Assembly (NCBI GenBank): GCA_964252035.1
Contig: OZ176211.1
Reading direction: 5' to 3' (one strand)
DNA length: 64,000 nucleotides
Source: Podarcis erhardii
Lineage: Eukaryota
Below are positions 25,199 to 37,530 of this stretch, in pieces (the stretch's first letter is position 1; each line of letters opens with the position of its first letter). A program made the position numbers and the translations under genes. Below the pieces are notes generated by a model. It worked only from the letters and a program-made list of their open reading frames with translations, ran no database searches and was not told the origin of the DNA.

Positions 25199-25870
25199 TT
25201 TAAGAGCATGAGAAGAGCCTGTTGGATCAATCCAGTGGCCCATCTAGTCCACCTTCTTATTCTCACAATGACCAGCTAAGTGTCTATGGGAAGCTGTCAG
25301 GCTTCAGGGAAATGAATCCCTCCCCCAGTGGCAGTAATTAAGCAGTTCAAATGAAAGGAGCGCTGTTACTAGATAGTTCTTAATAATCACAGCGAGAGAC
25401 AAGGAATGAATCTCTCTCTAAAATGGCGTTGCTCCCAGTTAAGGTTTACCCCCTCCATCCCCATTAATCTACGTCACTCCTACGTCATGTAATTCGAGTT
25501 TGTTGCCTCTGAGCTTTCTATTCTATCACTCTCAGAGTCCGTCTAGTCCTAGGCGAAGGGGAGTCCAAGGACACTGAATCTGCCAGCTCTCTCTTTCCTG
25601 GTGTTCAAATACTGTTCCTCACCTAGTATTTCCCAGCTTTTCCCTTCTGAACTATGCCCCTCTGCAAACCACTGTTCTAAATCAATACTGTCCTCCTGTC
25701 CTTGGGAAGGTTCAGGAGAAGAGAGGGGTGGCTCCCACCATTTCTCCTCAGTCCAGCCCCTTACAGAAGCCCACAAACAGGCCCTGAGCACAGTAGCACT
25801 CTCCCCTCCTGTGGTTTCCAGCAACCGGTATTCAGAAGCATACCTGCCTCTGACCATGGAGGCAGAGTAT
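25199..25870 (-). mobile_element. CR1-tailed SINE/LINE end split by a solo LTR
   Basis: TAAGAGCATGAGAAGAGCC...CTATGGGAAGC continues as CCACAAACAGG after the LTR is removed; other copies at about 21040-21120, 29085-29210, 36975-37085, 44990-45150 and 52330-52480. Confidence 0.75.
25295..25765 (-). mobile_element. Solo LTR (471 bp)
   Basis: TGT...ACA ends; exact 5-bp TSD GAAGC at 25290-25294 and 25766-25770; cleanly interrupts an older SINE. Confidence 0.9.
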
Positions 25871-25975
25871 ACACATCATGCTAAACCATGGTTTCAGCCT
25901 CCAAACAGGGGCAGACTTTGGTCTTTCAAATTTCAGTGGCACCCTGATTGAGGCCAAAATTTGGCACCTCCACCA

Positions 25976-26270
25976 GAGAGCCAGTGTGGTGTAGTGGTTA
26001 AGAGTGGTAGACTCATAATCTGGTGAACAGGGTTCGATTCCCCACTCCTCCACATGCAGCTGCTGGGTGACCTTGGGCCAGTCACACTTCTTTGAAGTCT
26101 CTCAGCCCCACTCACCTCACAGAGTGTTTGTTGTGGGGAAGGAAGGGAAAAGGAGATTGTTAGCCGCTTTGAGACTCCTTAGGGTAGTGATAAAGCGGGA
26201 TATCAAATCTAAACTTCCCCTCCTCCTCCTCCTCCTCCTCCTCCTCCTCCTCTTCCTCTTCATCTTCTCC
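25976..26270 (+). mobile_element. tRNA-derived SINE with (CCT/CTT)n tail (Squam3-like)
   Basis: A/B boxes TGGTGTAGTGG...GGTTCGATTCCC, CORE-like GGGTGACCTTGGGCCAGTCAC, (CTT)n tail. Confidence 0.85.
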
Positions 26271-26457
26271 CAAGTACACATTCCCAGCACGTTTGCACTC
26301 TGTCTCAGTGACATGGTCATGTCCACAGGATCCACAAAGACGTGCTCTACAGGGAGCTGGTTTCAGGCACCGGGCCAATCGGCAGACCAAATCTGCACTA
26401 TAAACAGGGCTTTTTCAGCCGGAACTCACTGGAACTGAATTCCAGCACCTCTCAGTT

Positions 26458-26711
26458 AAGTGGCGTGGGGCAGCAGGGTGCCAAGTTCTGGAGGGTGCCA
26501 GGGAAGAGGCGGAGGCTGGATGCGGTGCCTCCCGGCATCAGCTCGTTGCCCTCGCCCACCTCACTGAGGCTGTGCCACGTCTGGAGCCTCCACCTCTTCC
26601 CCCCGGAGGAGCCGCCCTCCAGCCACTGCCCGCCTCCTCGAGCCCTGCAAAGTTGTTGGCAGTGCCGTAGAAAGGTCGGCAACTCTGGGAAATGGGGGGG
26701 GGGCGCCACTG
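26458..26711 (+). mobile_element. GC-rich hAT MITE (segment Y plus Z)
   Basis: Ends AAGTGGCG...CGCCACTG; no TSD; the first 174 bp recur at 32264-32438. Confidence 0.7.
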
Positions 26712-29700
26712 GAGGGATATTTGCACCATGGCACTGGATATACTGTACTTAAGACAACCCTGATCCTGTTCTTACAATGGCCAATCAGATGCCAATGGGA
26801 AGCCTTAAATATTGGAGATTGGACAGCATCGTCTGTTGCATCTGAGTACGGCAAGGTAAAAGGAGCACCGGACAGCAACCCACATGGCTGTAGTCTTGCC
26901 AGTGCCTCTGTTCAACACAATTCACTGCCCAAGGCATTTTCCTCCCTCTCCCTAGTGATAAGCCAAAGATATTGCTATATAAAGCAACATGCTGAAACAC
27001 GGGCAATGCAAGAACAATAACCCATTTGTGGAAAGAGCAGCTATAGGAAAATTAGTTTGTTGGAACAAAGGGGTGGCAAAGTCCATTAAAAAAACCAACA
27101 ACTTTTTGTGCAAAATATACAAAATATTGTTATAAGCAGAAAGATATACAACAGATCCACAGATAAAATAATCATATAAACTTACAGAACCACTTACAGA
27201 TTTACGATAACAATCTAATAGCTCATCTTCATTTATATGGAATGGTGTGATTGTTCTGTTTTTTATGAGTACAAAGAGACTAGGAAAAAATTATTATGTT
27301 TATATTTCAATTACTCTAAGTTTATGGAAAGATTTTGCAAGAACAAGGTGGATTATATTCTATCATACTATGTTATACTATAGCTGTGTCTTCTGTGTAA
27401 AGAACATAGATTAATTTGATCTTGTGCTTTATTGTTCTGATAAAATACAAATAAACTCTATTTTTCAATGACCTGATTGCCTTTTTGTCAGCCTCTTCTA
27501 AATCTAATAAAGTCACCCATCCATTCCCCAAACTTTAACCAATCAGGAAGTAAGAGAAGGTAGCATGGTTTTTTTTTCCATTTTTGACAGGTCACCTTAC
27601 AGAGACCATTGTTAAAGGGAGCAAGGATTTTGCATTGCACACTGAATACAAATACTGTATACTCTTGACTGGAAAGCAGAGGCAGAGAGACTGGTGTAGA
27701 AGGGAATATTTTAGGAGAGCACTCGCTATCCCTCACACCTCTTGAAATCATTTCTAAGCCTGTCTTCTTTACATAAATAAATGCCATTTAGATTATTTAG
27801 GGTTGAACGGTGAGCTATCTACAAATTTGGTTTAGTATAAAATGAAATTCTAATAATTTGCCATCACTTTCAGATTTCAGACTAAGAAGCAGTGTGGTAA
27901 GTCTAATATGCCTAGCACAAACAGACTGGCCTTTTCCCATTCTGGATCAGTTTGTTCTGATGTGTTCACTTGCAGCTCCATCGTGTCCCATTTTTCCCAC
28001 AGATTTGTTTTTTTAAACATGAAAAGTTTGCATTTAAATTCTACACCTTTCCTCGCAAAGTATGCATTTTCCTGTGCTTTTGGGGAGTGGGGGCACAGAA
28101 TCAAAACTGCATCGCAACATTCAGAGAAACGTGTGATCTGATTGATAGATGCATTCTGATTACTATGTAGTCCTGGCCAGTGAATTAGGCTTTAAATTGC
28201 AGACTGACTCAACACATTTCTCCTCTTTCCTTAATACAATGCAGCAGATAGTTACAGAGATACAATACCACTCTGTCTCATTAGATGATTAAACTTCTCC
28301 AAAGTGGGATATACAAGAACAGGGTCAAGAGGCATTATTTTGGAAGTGATGCTATTCCCTGCCCCCATGGTCCCTTCCCATCCCTTATGTGCGCTGTCTT
28401 CTTCCAGTTCCCTTCTTCATTGTGTATGGAGATGATGAAGTTCCTTGTTCAAAGTCTCCTGCTTCCTCTCCCCTTCTCCAGCATCCCCTTGTCACGCGAG
28501 TCTCCCCTCCATACTTTGCATTAGCAATTTCCTGCTTGGCTGCTCCTCCACTATAAAACAAGCTGGGAGATTTAGTGATCTCGCAGCACAGGTTGAGTAA
28601 CATCTCTTCCATTTCCTTTTCTGACAAAAATCTGCACCTCTCTCTCGTCTCACGGAAGCCCTCGGCCTCTGTAAGTTCAGACTTCAGAAGCGTTGAGAGC
28701 AGAACAGCCAGGAAATCTGGCGGGGAGGGAGAAAGAGCGATGTCAGCCATTTTAAAAAGGCTTTGTTCGTTCCCATCTCCTCCACGCCATGGCTTGATTC
28801 TGTGTAACGTGCTTCTAATTGCCTAAGCACCTGCACTATGAAAAGAGATGTATTTTCAGTGCCGATGAGCTATATATAGTAAGCACGCAAATATTGGCTT
28901 AATGCAGTCGTTTAGAAAAGGCTCCATTTTGTGTACATGAAGGTTTGTGCCCCAGCTGAAGCCTTGCCTTATGTTTCCGAAGGCAGCTGGAGTCAGACAT
29001 CAGGGGAAATTCCTAGGCTGGTCTAGTGAGAGTTTAGCGAACCTGGATTTCTCTCTCTCTCTCTTGGATGTCCTATTAATGTAAGAAGAGCCCTGCTGGA
29101 TCAGACCCAAGGCTTATCCATTCCAGTGTTTGGTTTCCTACAGTGGCCAACCAGATGCCTAGGAGAGGCCCATGAGTAGGACACCAAGGTCTCAGCCCTC
29201 TCCTGCTCCACAAATTATGCTATGGAGCCCAGGGACAGTTTGAATTTTGGGTACCCCACTTCCATTGGCCGATTTGGCTAAAAACTAGAACTTTCCTAGG
29301 GCTCCAGAGGCTCCCCTGACAGAGTAGGCCTGTCTAAAGGCTTTCTGTGACAGTGTGACAGCATGATGTCAACGTATCAGGGTGGTTTAGGAGGCCGCTG
29401 CCCATATATGGTGTGATGATATAATAACATCTTCAGTGCAGGAAGCTTCTGCCTAAGCTGCTCAGAACTGTGAGCAAAACTGTCAGATTCCGTTAACGCC
29501 TGAAGTGAAGCCAAGTCCAGCTAAAAATCTTGTCTTCAAATCTCAAAAACTGAATGTGTGAACCTGCTGGTCATCTACAATGTTCTCTATAAGGAATTAA
29601 TTCTCTTGCTAACAACCTGGAAGGGCTGTAAAACTGTCTTTCATCATGCTTTCAGGATTTCTGCATGGAATAATTTTTCTGACAATCAGATACATGATTT

Positions 29701-29922
29701 TTTGTTTTTTGTTTTTTTAAAATTAGGCTTTTTGTATTTAATACCATTTTAGGCTTTGTTTTTCACTCTGCTCTAAGATTTGAATTACGCAGGAAAAGTG
29801 GGGTAGAAATGCCTTTATTTTATTTTAAGACAAAATAAAGTAGCTTTTCTTTCTTCTTCATGTAAGTGGGGACTCAGCTTACGTTAGTCAATAAACAGCA
29901 TTTTGAATGCATTTTAAACACG

Positions 29923-29942
29923 CAACACCAGATGGTGCTGTA
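29923..29942 (+). promoter_or_regulatory. CTCF motif
   Basis: CAACACCAGATGGTGCTGTA compared with the core CCASYAGRKGGCRS. Confidence 0.5.
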
Positions 29943-30805
29943 GAGCAGAAAACTTTTCTATGCGGTTTTGCATAGTGTTTTTCTTCTTTTGTTATAACGA
30001 TTTGATTTCTGACTTATTTACATCGGGTTTTCTTCCAGGATAGTGCCAGAATGGGAGAAAAGAGGAAGTGGGTGGTTCAAAGTGGCACACAATGTATCAA
30101 CTGAACAATAAACGTAGCAAGTAAAAAATACTGGAAATGGTCGCAAATAATTATAATATCAAAAAGCTGTGACCGTTCCTGGACTGGGATAGCCTTACCA
30201 CAGTTGTCCATGCGCCAGTAACCTCATGCCTTGATTACTACAACACATTTTACATGCAGCTGCCCTTGGATCTGGTCCAAAAGCTGTCTCTAGTGCAGAA
30301 TGCAGTGGCCAGACTGCTCACAGGACGGGAATTTCATTAGGTAATGATGTCCCTAAAAAGATGGGTTTCTGCTAGGTCATGGTGTTCTTTATTGGCTAGT
30401 TTTAATTGCCAATTTTAATTGCCAATTATTCTTTACGTTGGATGGTGAGGTAAGTGTTGTTCGTTCTAAAGATTTATGGCTTACCACAGATACTGTAGAA
30501 GCTCTTAAGGCTTAGTTATAAGAAAGCTAAGTGTTTCTTGGGTTGCTTGTGTGTAACATAGAGAGCTGGATTTGAATCTGGCTGAGGAAAGTTTGCTATC
30601 CCAGCAATGAGGTTTGGGACCTGTTCCATTTCATGTGTCATTTGCTCAGACAGAGGTAGAAAAACTCGGGGCATCTGTCACACTTCCTTCTCTAGATCCT
30701 ATTAGCATCCTCTGCATCACCCTGAAAAGCCCTTGGTTTTAACATCAACCAAATGTACTGCCTAGAAAGTGCTGCCACAAAAAAGATGTAATACTGGATT
30801 AGGGG

Positions 30806-31301
30806 CAGTGCCGGATTTATGTATGGGCTAAGTAGGCTGAAGCCTAGGGCCTCTAAATCTAGGGGGCCTCGCCAGCCTGCCCACTCTCCAGCAGGCAGTT
30901 TCCCCTCTCCCAAAATTGCAAACCTAAGGCTTCATGCAAAGGCAGGGCAACTCAGGCCCAGCAACTATTGGACTCAGGGCTAGCCAGTGGGGACCAACTT
31001 CTTGTTGTTTTTTTGTAGGGCCCCAGTTTCACAGCCAAAGTCTGCAAAATCTTATAGATATAAATAAAATCCATCTAGATTTCCCTGGTGCAGGGGCCCC
31101 CTAGGAGCAGCCCGCGGGGCCCAATTTGGCCCAATTGCTCCAATTGCCTCCAGTCTGCCCTGCCGGCAATTTTGTTAATAACTGTCACTCAATTTTGTTT
31201 ATAACATACTTCCATTTACTTCTAGTTGTGAGGGTGGGGGTTGGGGAGGGGCCTCAGAAGTGGAGTAGCCTAGGGCCTCTCTTCATCTAAATCCGGCCCT
31301 G
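30806..31301 (+). mobile_element. hAT MITE
   Basis: TIR CAGTGCCGGATTTA...TAAATCCGGCCCTG; 8-bp TSD ATTAGGGG at 30798-30805 and 31302-31309. Confidence 0.92.
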
Positions 31302-31653
31302 ATTAGGGGACACACTTCCGTCTTTGGCCATTACAACACAAAACACTGGCTTGCACCAATGGTGGTTAGAACTGATGGCAGGCTGCTGGTGAGCAACATC
31401 AAGCCAACTGATGCTTGCTAGGCCATCTTAACCCTTTCTTTAATCATTATCTGAGACTGGTCAGAATAGGCTACTGGGGGCCAAAACCTATTGGCTCTGC
31501 CATAACAGGGCAATTCTCGGTCTTTCCTTTCCCCCCTGATAACAACAAAACAAAATGATCTTAAATGTCAGGTGCGATGCCTCAATGCCGTCCCCATCCG
31601 CTGCGTCAGGAGGATTTGGGGTATCACATGGCAAAACAGAATTCCAAAGATGT

Positions 31654-31934
31654 GAGAGAGCAGTGTGGTGTAGTGGTTAAGAGTGGTGGACTCAGAATCT
31701 GGTGAACCGGGTTCGCATCTCCGCTCCTCCACATGCAGCTGCTGGGTGACCTTGAGCTAGTCACACTTCTCTGAAGTCTCTCAGCCTCACTCACCTCACA
31801 GAGTGTTTGTTGTGGGGGAGGAAGGGAAAAGGAGATTGTTAGCCACTTTGAGACTCCTTCGTGTAGTGATAAAGTGGGATATCAAATCCAAACTCCCACT
31901 CCTCCTCCTCCTCCTCCTCCTCTTCTTCTTCTTC
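31654..31934 (+). mobile_element. Squam3-like SINE
   Basis: Same family as 25976-26270 with different flanks. Confidence 0.85.
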
Positions 31935-32479
31935 GCCTTTGCCTTCTCACCTTCTCGCCTTCTGTTCTGCTCAATTCAGTATGACAGAGTTATGACGCCC
32001 TACAGTACCCCCTAGGCTTGGCACCCAGTGCGGAGGAACTGCTCGGGTTGCCCTAAATCTGCCTCTGCTCTAAACTATCATGCCATTCATGTTGCAAAGT
32101 TGCTTCTGTGCTTCCATTTTCAGTCTGCTCTGCTTAAGTCAACTCAATTCAGGCTTGAACTTGGAGATGAGTGGGGGAGACATTAAGAGCATCAGATGAG
32201 TCTGTTGGGTCAGGCCAGTGTCCCATCTAGTCCAGCATCCTGGGGTGTCTTGCCCATAGAGGCAAGTGGCGTGGGGCGCCAGGGTGCCAAGTTCTGGAGG
32301 GCACCAGGGAAGAGGCGGAGGCTGGATGCAGCTCCTCCCAGCATCAGCTCGCCCCCCTCACCCACTTCGCTGAGGCAGCGCTGTGCCTGGAGCCTCCACC
32401 TCTTCCCCGCTGGAGGAGCCGCCCTCCAGCTGCTGCCCGGGATATCAAATCCAAATTCCCCCTCCTCCTCCTCTTCTTC

Positions 32480-32935
32480 ATCTTCTCCCAAGTACACATT
32501 CCCAGCACGTTTGCACTCCGTCTCAGTGACATGGTCATGTCCACAGGATCTACAAAGACGTGCTCTACAGGGAGCTGGTTTCAGGCACCGGGCCAATTAG
32601 CAGACCAAATCTGCATTATAAACAGGGCTTTTTCAGCCAGAACTCACTGGAACTGCATTCCAGCACCTTTCAGGTGGGTGCCATTGCCATTGTAAGAGGA
32701 CAAGGGTGGGTTCTGGAGCCTCTTTTTCCAGAAAAATAGCACTGATTATAAAGATGCCTGCAAACGTGACATGAAAGCTGGCAACATTAACCCTGCCGTG
32801 TGGGGGCAACCCTTGCAGATGACTGCAGTGCCTGGAGACCGGCAGTCAAGTCTTGTATCCATAGCAGTGCCCAGAGGAGAAATGACCGCTGGGAGGAGTG
32901 CAGAGAGAAGGAACGCCATGGTGCATCTGCAAGAG
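32480..32935 (+). mobile_element. RTE LINE 3' fragment interrupted by a hAT MITE
   Basis: KDVLYRELVSGTGP...NLHYK|DACKRDMKAGNINPAVW reads through once the MITE and one TSD copy are removed. Confidence 0.8.
32623..32744 (+). mobile_element. hAT MITE (122 bp)
   Basis: CAGGGCTTTTT...AAAAATAGCACTG; 8-bp TSD ATTATAAA at 32615-32622 and 32745-32752. Confidence 0.9.
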
Positions 32936-33462
32936 CACAACCAAACGCCTTCATCTGCCCCAGCTTCAATAAAACATGTCTCTCCTGCATCAGTCTCTAC
33001 AGCCACAGCAGGCGCTGCAACCTTCCAACAGCTTGACCTCACCCCCAAAAGTGCATTTTTTTCATTGTTTCCTGAGAAAGGCAGATGCCAACCTTAACTT
33101 CTGTAAACTTTTTGGGATGGGGAGGGGCTGTATTGTTCAGAATTAAAGACTGGCTGAGGTTTCTTTGTTCAGAGCACAGGCATTTATCATTTTTAAAAAA
33201 TACTGTACTAGAGAATGCTTGAGAGTTTCCTTTTCAGGCTCTGAGTAATTGGGCTCGAACTCTGATAGACAGTTTCAGTCTCTGTCTTTGACTGCCAGGC
33301 TTGTGGGCTGTTGATAATAGTTTAAAACGTAAATGTTTCAAAACAATTGTGTGTATGTGTGTGTATTAAAATCAAAGTTATCCCGCGCCACAGCAGCTAC
33401 ATCTAGATCTGCATGTTATCCTGTTGTCTGGCGGACGGATATTACTACATGATATTAAAGAT

Positions 33463-33480
33463 TGCCACAAGATGGCGGTA
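33463..33480 (+). promoter_or_regulatory. CTCF / YY1 motif
   Basis: TGCCACAAGATGGCGGTA; contains the YY1 core AAGATGGCGG. Confidence 0.5.
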
Positions 33481-34559
33481 AAGGATTATAGCAATGCCGT
33501 GCAATTAAGAGGGCTTTGTAAATCACATCCTTGTCCAAGTCAAAATAAGAAAGGACTTTTACATTAAATGATGCAAGTCTTGAAAATCGGTCGTTGCTCT
33601 TTATTCAGATGTGCCTTCGCTGCCTCAACTGTTGTTTTTTACAATTCTGTAAAAAGTGACACAAAGAAGGAACAAAACACTGTACAGAACATTTCAAAAC
33701 ATATTTCTTTTTAAAAATGTGATGTATACCTTTTTTTTGCTACTTATCTGTTGTCAAGAGCTGCCTTTCACTCCCTTTGGTGAGGAGGAAGGGCTGGTCA
33801 CAAATTTGAAACAAACAAACAAACAAACAAACAAATAATAAAAGTAAAATTGGTTTAGGGGAAGAGGGAGGTGAGTTGAATACCATGCTTGAGCTCTTTA
33901 TGGTCTGGCTGGTGGGATTCTCAAACAGCAGCACTCCTGCTGGGAGGAAAAGTTACACTGCAGCTTTTTGTTGCAGCGCCAACTTGTGTCTAGAAGATGC
34001 CAAATATTGGAGTCAGAATAATGAAACCATAGAATTGTAGAGTTGGAAGGAACCCCGAGGTTAATGTACTTGAAATGTTGATTTCAGATCTCCAGTGTGT
34101 ACACGTTGGGCTCCTTGGGGAGAAGGAGCCATTCAGCCCAGCTCTGCTGTATTGCCTTTCCAAGCCAGAGGGACACAATCTCTCATGGACAACCTTCCAG
34201 GGGTGAGGCTGACTAGAGACAAAAATGGACAGAGCAACGTATCTTTGTCCAGGAGGCTCCGTTCCAGCTATGCAAAAGGCAGAGCTTTCTACACACACAC
34301 AAGCACACTTGTCCCTCCATCCAAGCAAACAAGCAAAAAAGCATCACCCCAGTTGAATCACCCATTCCAGCCAGGCCAAATCACCAGCATGGGGTGGCAT
34401 GGAAAGAATCTCAAGGGTCAAACAGAGAGGCCCGGAGGGCTGGGTTGGGGGCCACACCTGCTGCATAGTCTGTGCCCCTATCAAGGTGGCTTGAGTAGGG
34501 CTCCTGCTTCAATCTCTGTTCTCTTCAGCAGCAGCCATCTGGGAAGAGTGGGGAAGGGC

Positions 34560-34866
34560 AGCCTGTTGAACAGCTCTTACTGTCAGAAAGTTCTTCCTGA
34601 TGTTTAGTCGGACCCTCCTTTCATGTAACTTGAAGCTCTTGGTTCGAGTCCTACTCTCCAGAGCAGGAGAAAACAAGCTTGTTCCCTTTTCCACATGACA
34701 GCCCTTGAGATGGGTATAATATCTCCTCTCAGTCTCCTCATTTCCAGGCTAAACATATCCAGCTCCTTCGACCGTTCCTCATAAGGCTTGGCTTCCAGAC
34801 CCTTGATCCCTCCTCTGCCCACATTCCAGCTTGTCAATATCCTTCTTAAACTGTGGCGCAGAACTG
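34560..34866 (-). mobile_element. CR1 LINE ORF2 3' fragment
   Basis: GLEAKPYEERSKELDMFSLEMRRLRGD and SFKLHERRVRLNIRKNFLTVRAV are typical CR1 C-terminal motifs. Confidence 0.88.
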
Positions 34867-36291
34867 TGGGTGACCTCCACGTTGGAAAGCCAAGTGAACG
34901 AAGTCATGGATTCTATTGATGCAACTTGCGGTTCTCTAGCAGCAAGGCCTGTTGGATTCCTCCCATCCTGGGTAGGGCAGCTGAAACAAGCCGATGATCA
35001 GAAAAGGTCTCGGTTCATTGCCTCTATGAATGCACGCAACTAGCATTTCTATTAAAATGTCCAGAAAAAAATTATATTTTTAATGTGTGGCATTCAACCG
35101 TGAAAAGGGACACTAGACAGGATTAAAAAAGAAAGAAAAAGTAATGTAATTTCAAAGTCAGAAGAGACGGGGATGGTACTAAGGGTGAGAATGGTTTCCT
35201 TGCTCCGTAATTCAAATCATTTTCATAAATTAAATTAAAAGTGAGCAGGAAGCAGAAAAACATGTCGCCGGCTTTTATTTATTTATTCTGACTTAGCCAG
35301 ATGTGCTGCAGTTTGGGGAGAAACTGCAAGCAATGGATTGATGGCAACTGCATCTATTGACCCAGACAGGGGACTGAAGTGGGCTTGGCAATCGTTCACT
35401 CACTGAATTACAGCAAAAGGGTAAGGATTCATATTGTTTCAAAAAGATATCACACAGAATGTGCACATGGTGGTTTCAATTTACGGCTAGCCATGGAATT
35501 GGCTCCATCAATAACATCAGGAGGGACAGGACTGGTGGATAGATGTCCAATACTCTTCCTTGAGCCACAGTCACGTTAATCTGAAGAGCTAGTATCTAAA
35601 ATAGCTAAGGGTGTTTTCACAATGAAAGCTAAAATGCACCCTTTAGACCAAATCAACCGCAGGGCTAATTTAATGCTTTATGACATACAGCTAATAACTC
35701 AATTAGTTACTTAGCAGCCCAGCCGTACCCATGGCTACTTAAAAGGAAGCCCCATCGAGTTCAGAGAAACTGAGGGGTCATATACCCTTTTTCTTGACCT
35801 GTATTTTGATCATATCATGTACTGATTAATTCCCCCAGGTCCAAGAGCTTTCCTCGTTGCCTCGTGAAAAATTGCCTGCTGAAATGGGTCTTATCAGATG
35901 CATGGAAAAATCTGAAGAGAGGTTTTGCTTACCAAGCTATTGATACAGTGGGCAAAATCAGATTTTCCTAAGTCACAGCCACAGAAAAATGAGAAAAGCT
36001 CTTGGACCCCGGGGGAATTAATTGGTATACAATCTGATTACTATATGGGGCAAATGAAGGTGTGGCTGAGCCCTTACTCTCAGGCAAGTAGGTTTAGGAG
36101 TGCAACCTAATTGATTTTTTAATTTTTTTGATAAATTAAAAAAGGCAACTGGATATTGCTAACAAGCCTCACCCTTCACACCACGTCATGGCAGCAGCAC
36201 TGCTTGCTAGGGATGGAGAAATCCATTGTTTGCAGTTTCTAAGTCCTGCCCCCAATCTGCAGTTTGCCACATTTCAACATCACTTTTCAAT

Positions 36292-36722
36292 TTATGTTGT
36301 TGTTGTTGTTTAGTCGTTTAGTCGTGTCAAACTCTTCGTGACTCCATGGAGCAGAGCACGCCAGGCACTCCTGTCTTCCACTGCTTCCCGCAGTTTGGTC
36401 AAACTCATGCTGGTAGCTTCGAGAACACTGTCCAACCATCTCATCCTCTGTCGTCCCCTTCTCCTTGTGCCCTCAATCTTTCCCAACATCAGGGTCTTTT
36501 CCAGGGAGTCTTCTCTTCTCATGAGGTGGCCAAAGTATTGGAGTCTCAGCTTCAGGATCTGTCCTTCCAGTGAGCACTCAGGGCTGATTTCCTTCAGAAT
36601 GGATAGGTTTGGTCTTCTTGCAGTCCATGGGACTCTCAAGAGTCTCCTTCAGCACCATAATTCAAAAGCATCAATTCTTCGGTGATCAGCCTTCTTTATG
36701 GTCCAGCTCTCACTTCCATACT
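36292..36722 (-). mobile_element. Bov-B (RTE) LINE 3' fragment
   Basis: Open ORF 36310-36639 (RVPWTARRPNLSILKEISPECSLEGQILKLRLQYFGHLM...); (CAA)n tail. Confidence 0.93.
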
Positions 36723-37530
36723 GTATCTATTTTAAAGATCCGAATGAAAATCAGTGTTTCTCCCAAAGTGTACATTTCGGCAAGCATACCAACCGAACTG
36801 ACTTTCTCCCTGCCCTGACTTGTAATGGCTTATAAAGTTCACAAGATGGTGAAGTTCACCTGGGTAAAGGGAGACCAACAGGAAGGGCTAGCAGGAAACG
36901 CCTCCAGGTGTGCCAACATTCCAGGCTATTGTTAGAGGTATTATGCCTTTGAATCCCAGTTTCTGGGAGTCACAGGTGGGCAGAGTGCAGGTTTCCCATG
37001 GGCATCTGGTTGGTCACTGTGAGAACAGGATGCTGGACTACATGGGCCATTGGCCTCAACCAGCAGGCTTGCCTTATGTTCTTATGGAGAGTAAAAATCA
37101 CAGCTTTTCCTGAGAGTGTTTTGAGAAAGCTGTTAGTTTCATAGACTTCGATCCCTGAATGACAACAGGTTCTATGAGGGTCATTTCCCATCTTATACAG
37201 TCACAACACAAGACTGAGGCAGCAATTTGGGGGGCAGTCTTTGCCAAATCTAAGCATATAATAAGGAAGGGCTAATAATACACACTAATATTTCCCACCC
37301 AAGGGCATGTGTATGACTAACAAGCCTCTTCTAATCTCTTGCCATTCCTAAATTTTCTTTGAGAAAACATGTTCAAGCTCTCACCAACACAATAGCATGT
37401 CTCATTAAACAGGAGAATATGTCTATATCTGTTTCTATATGTACACTGTGCTGTACCCCACAACCTTACTGTATGCTTGAGAAATGTGGACCACTTATAA
37501 ACGCCATCTCCAACTCCTTGAAAGATTCCA

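Noticed and set aside
25976-26045. tRNA gene-like A/B boxes (also at 31654, 40171, 49507)
   Set aside because: These are SINE heads followed by SINE bodies and tails, not full cloverleaf tRNAs.
1005-36722. Bov-B as evidence of novel horizontal transfer
   Set aside because: Bov-B in squamates and its horizontal transfer are well known; these short fragments add nothing.
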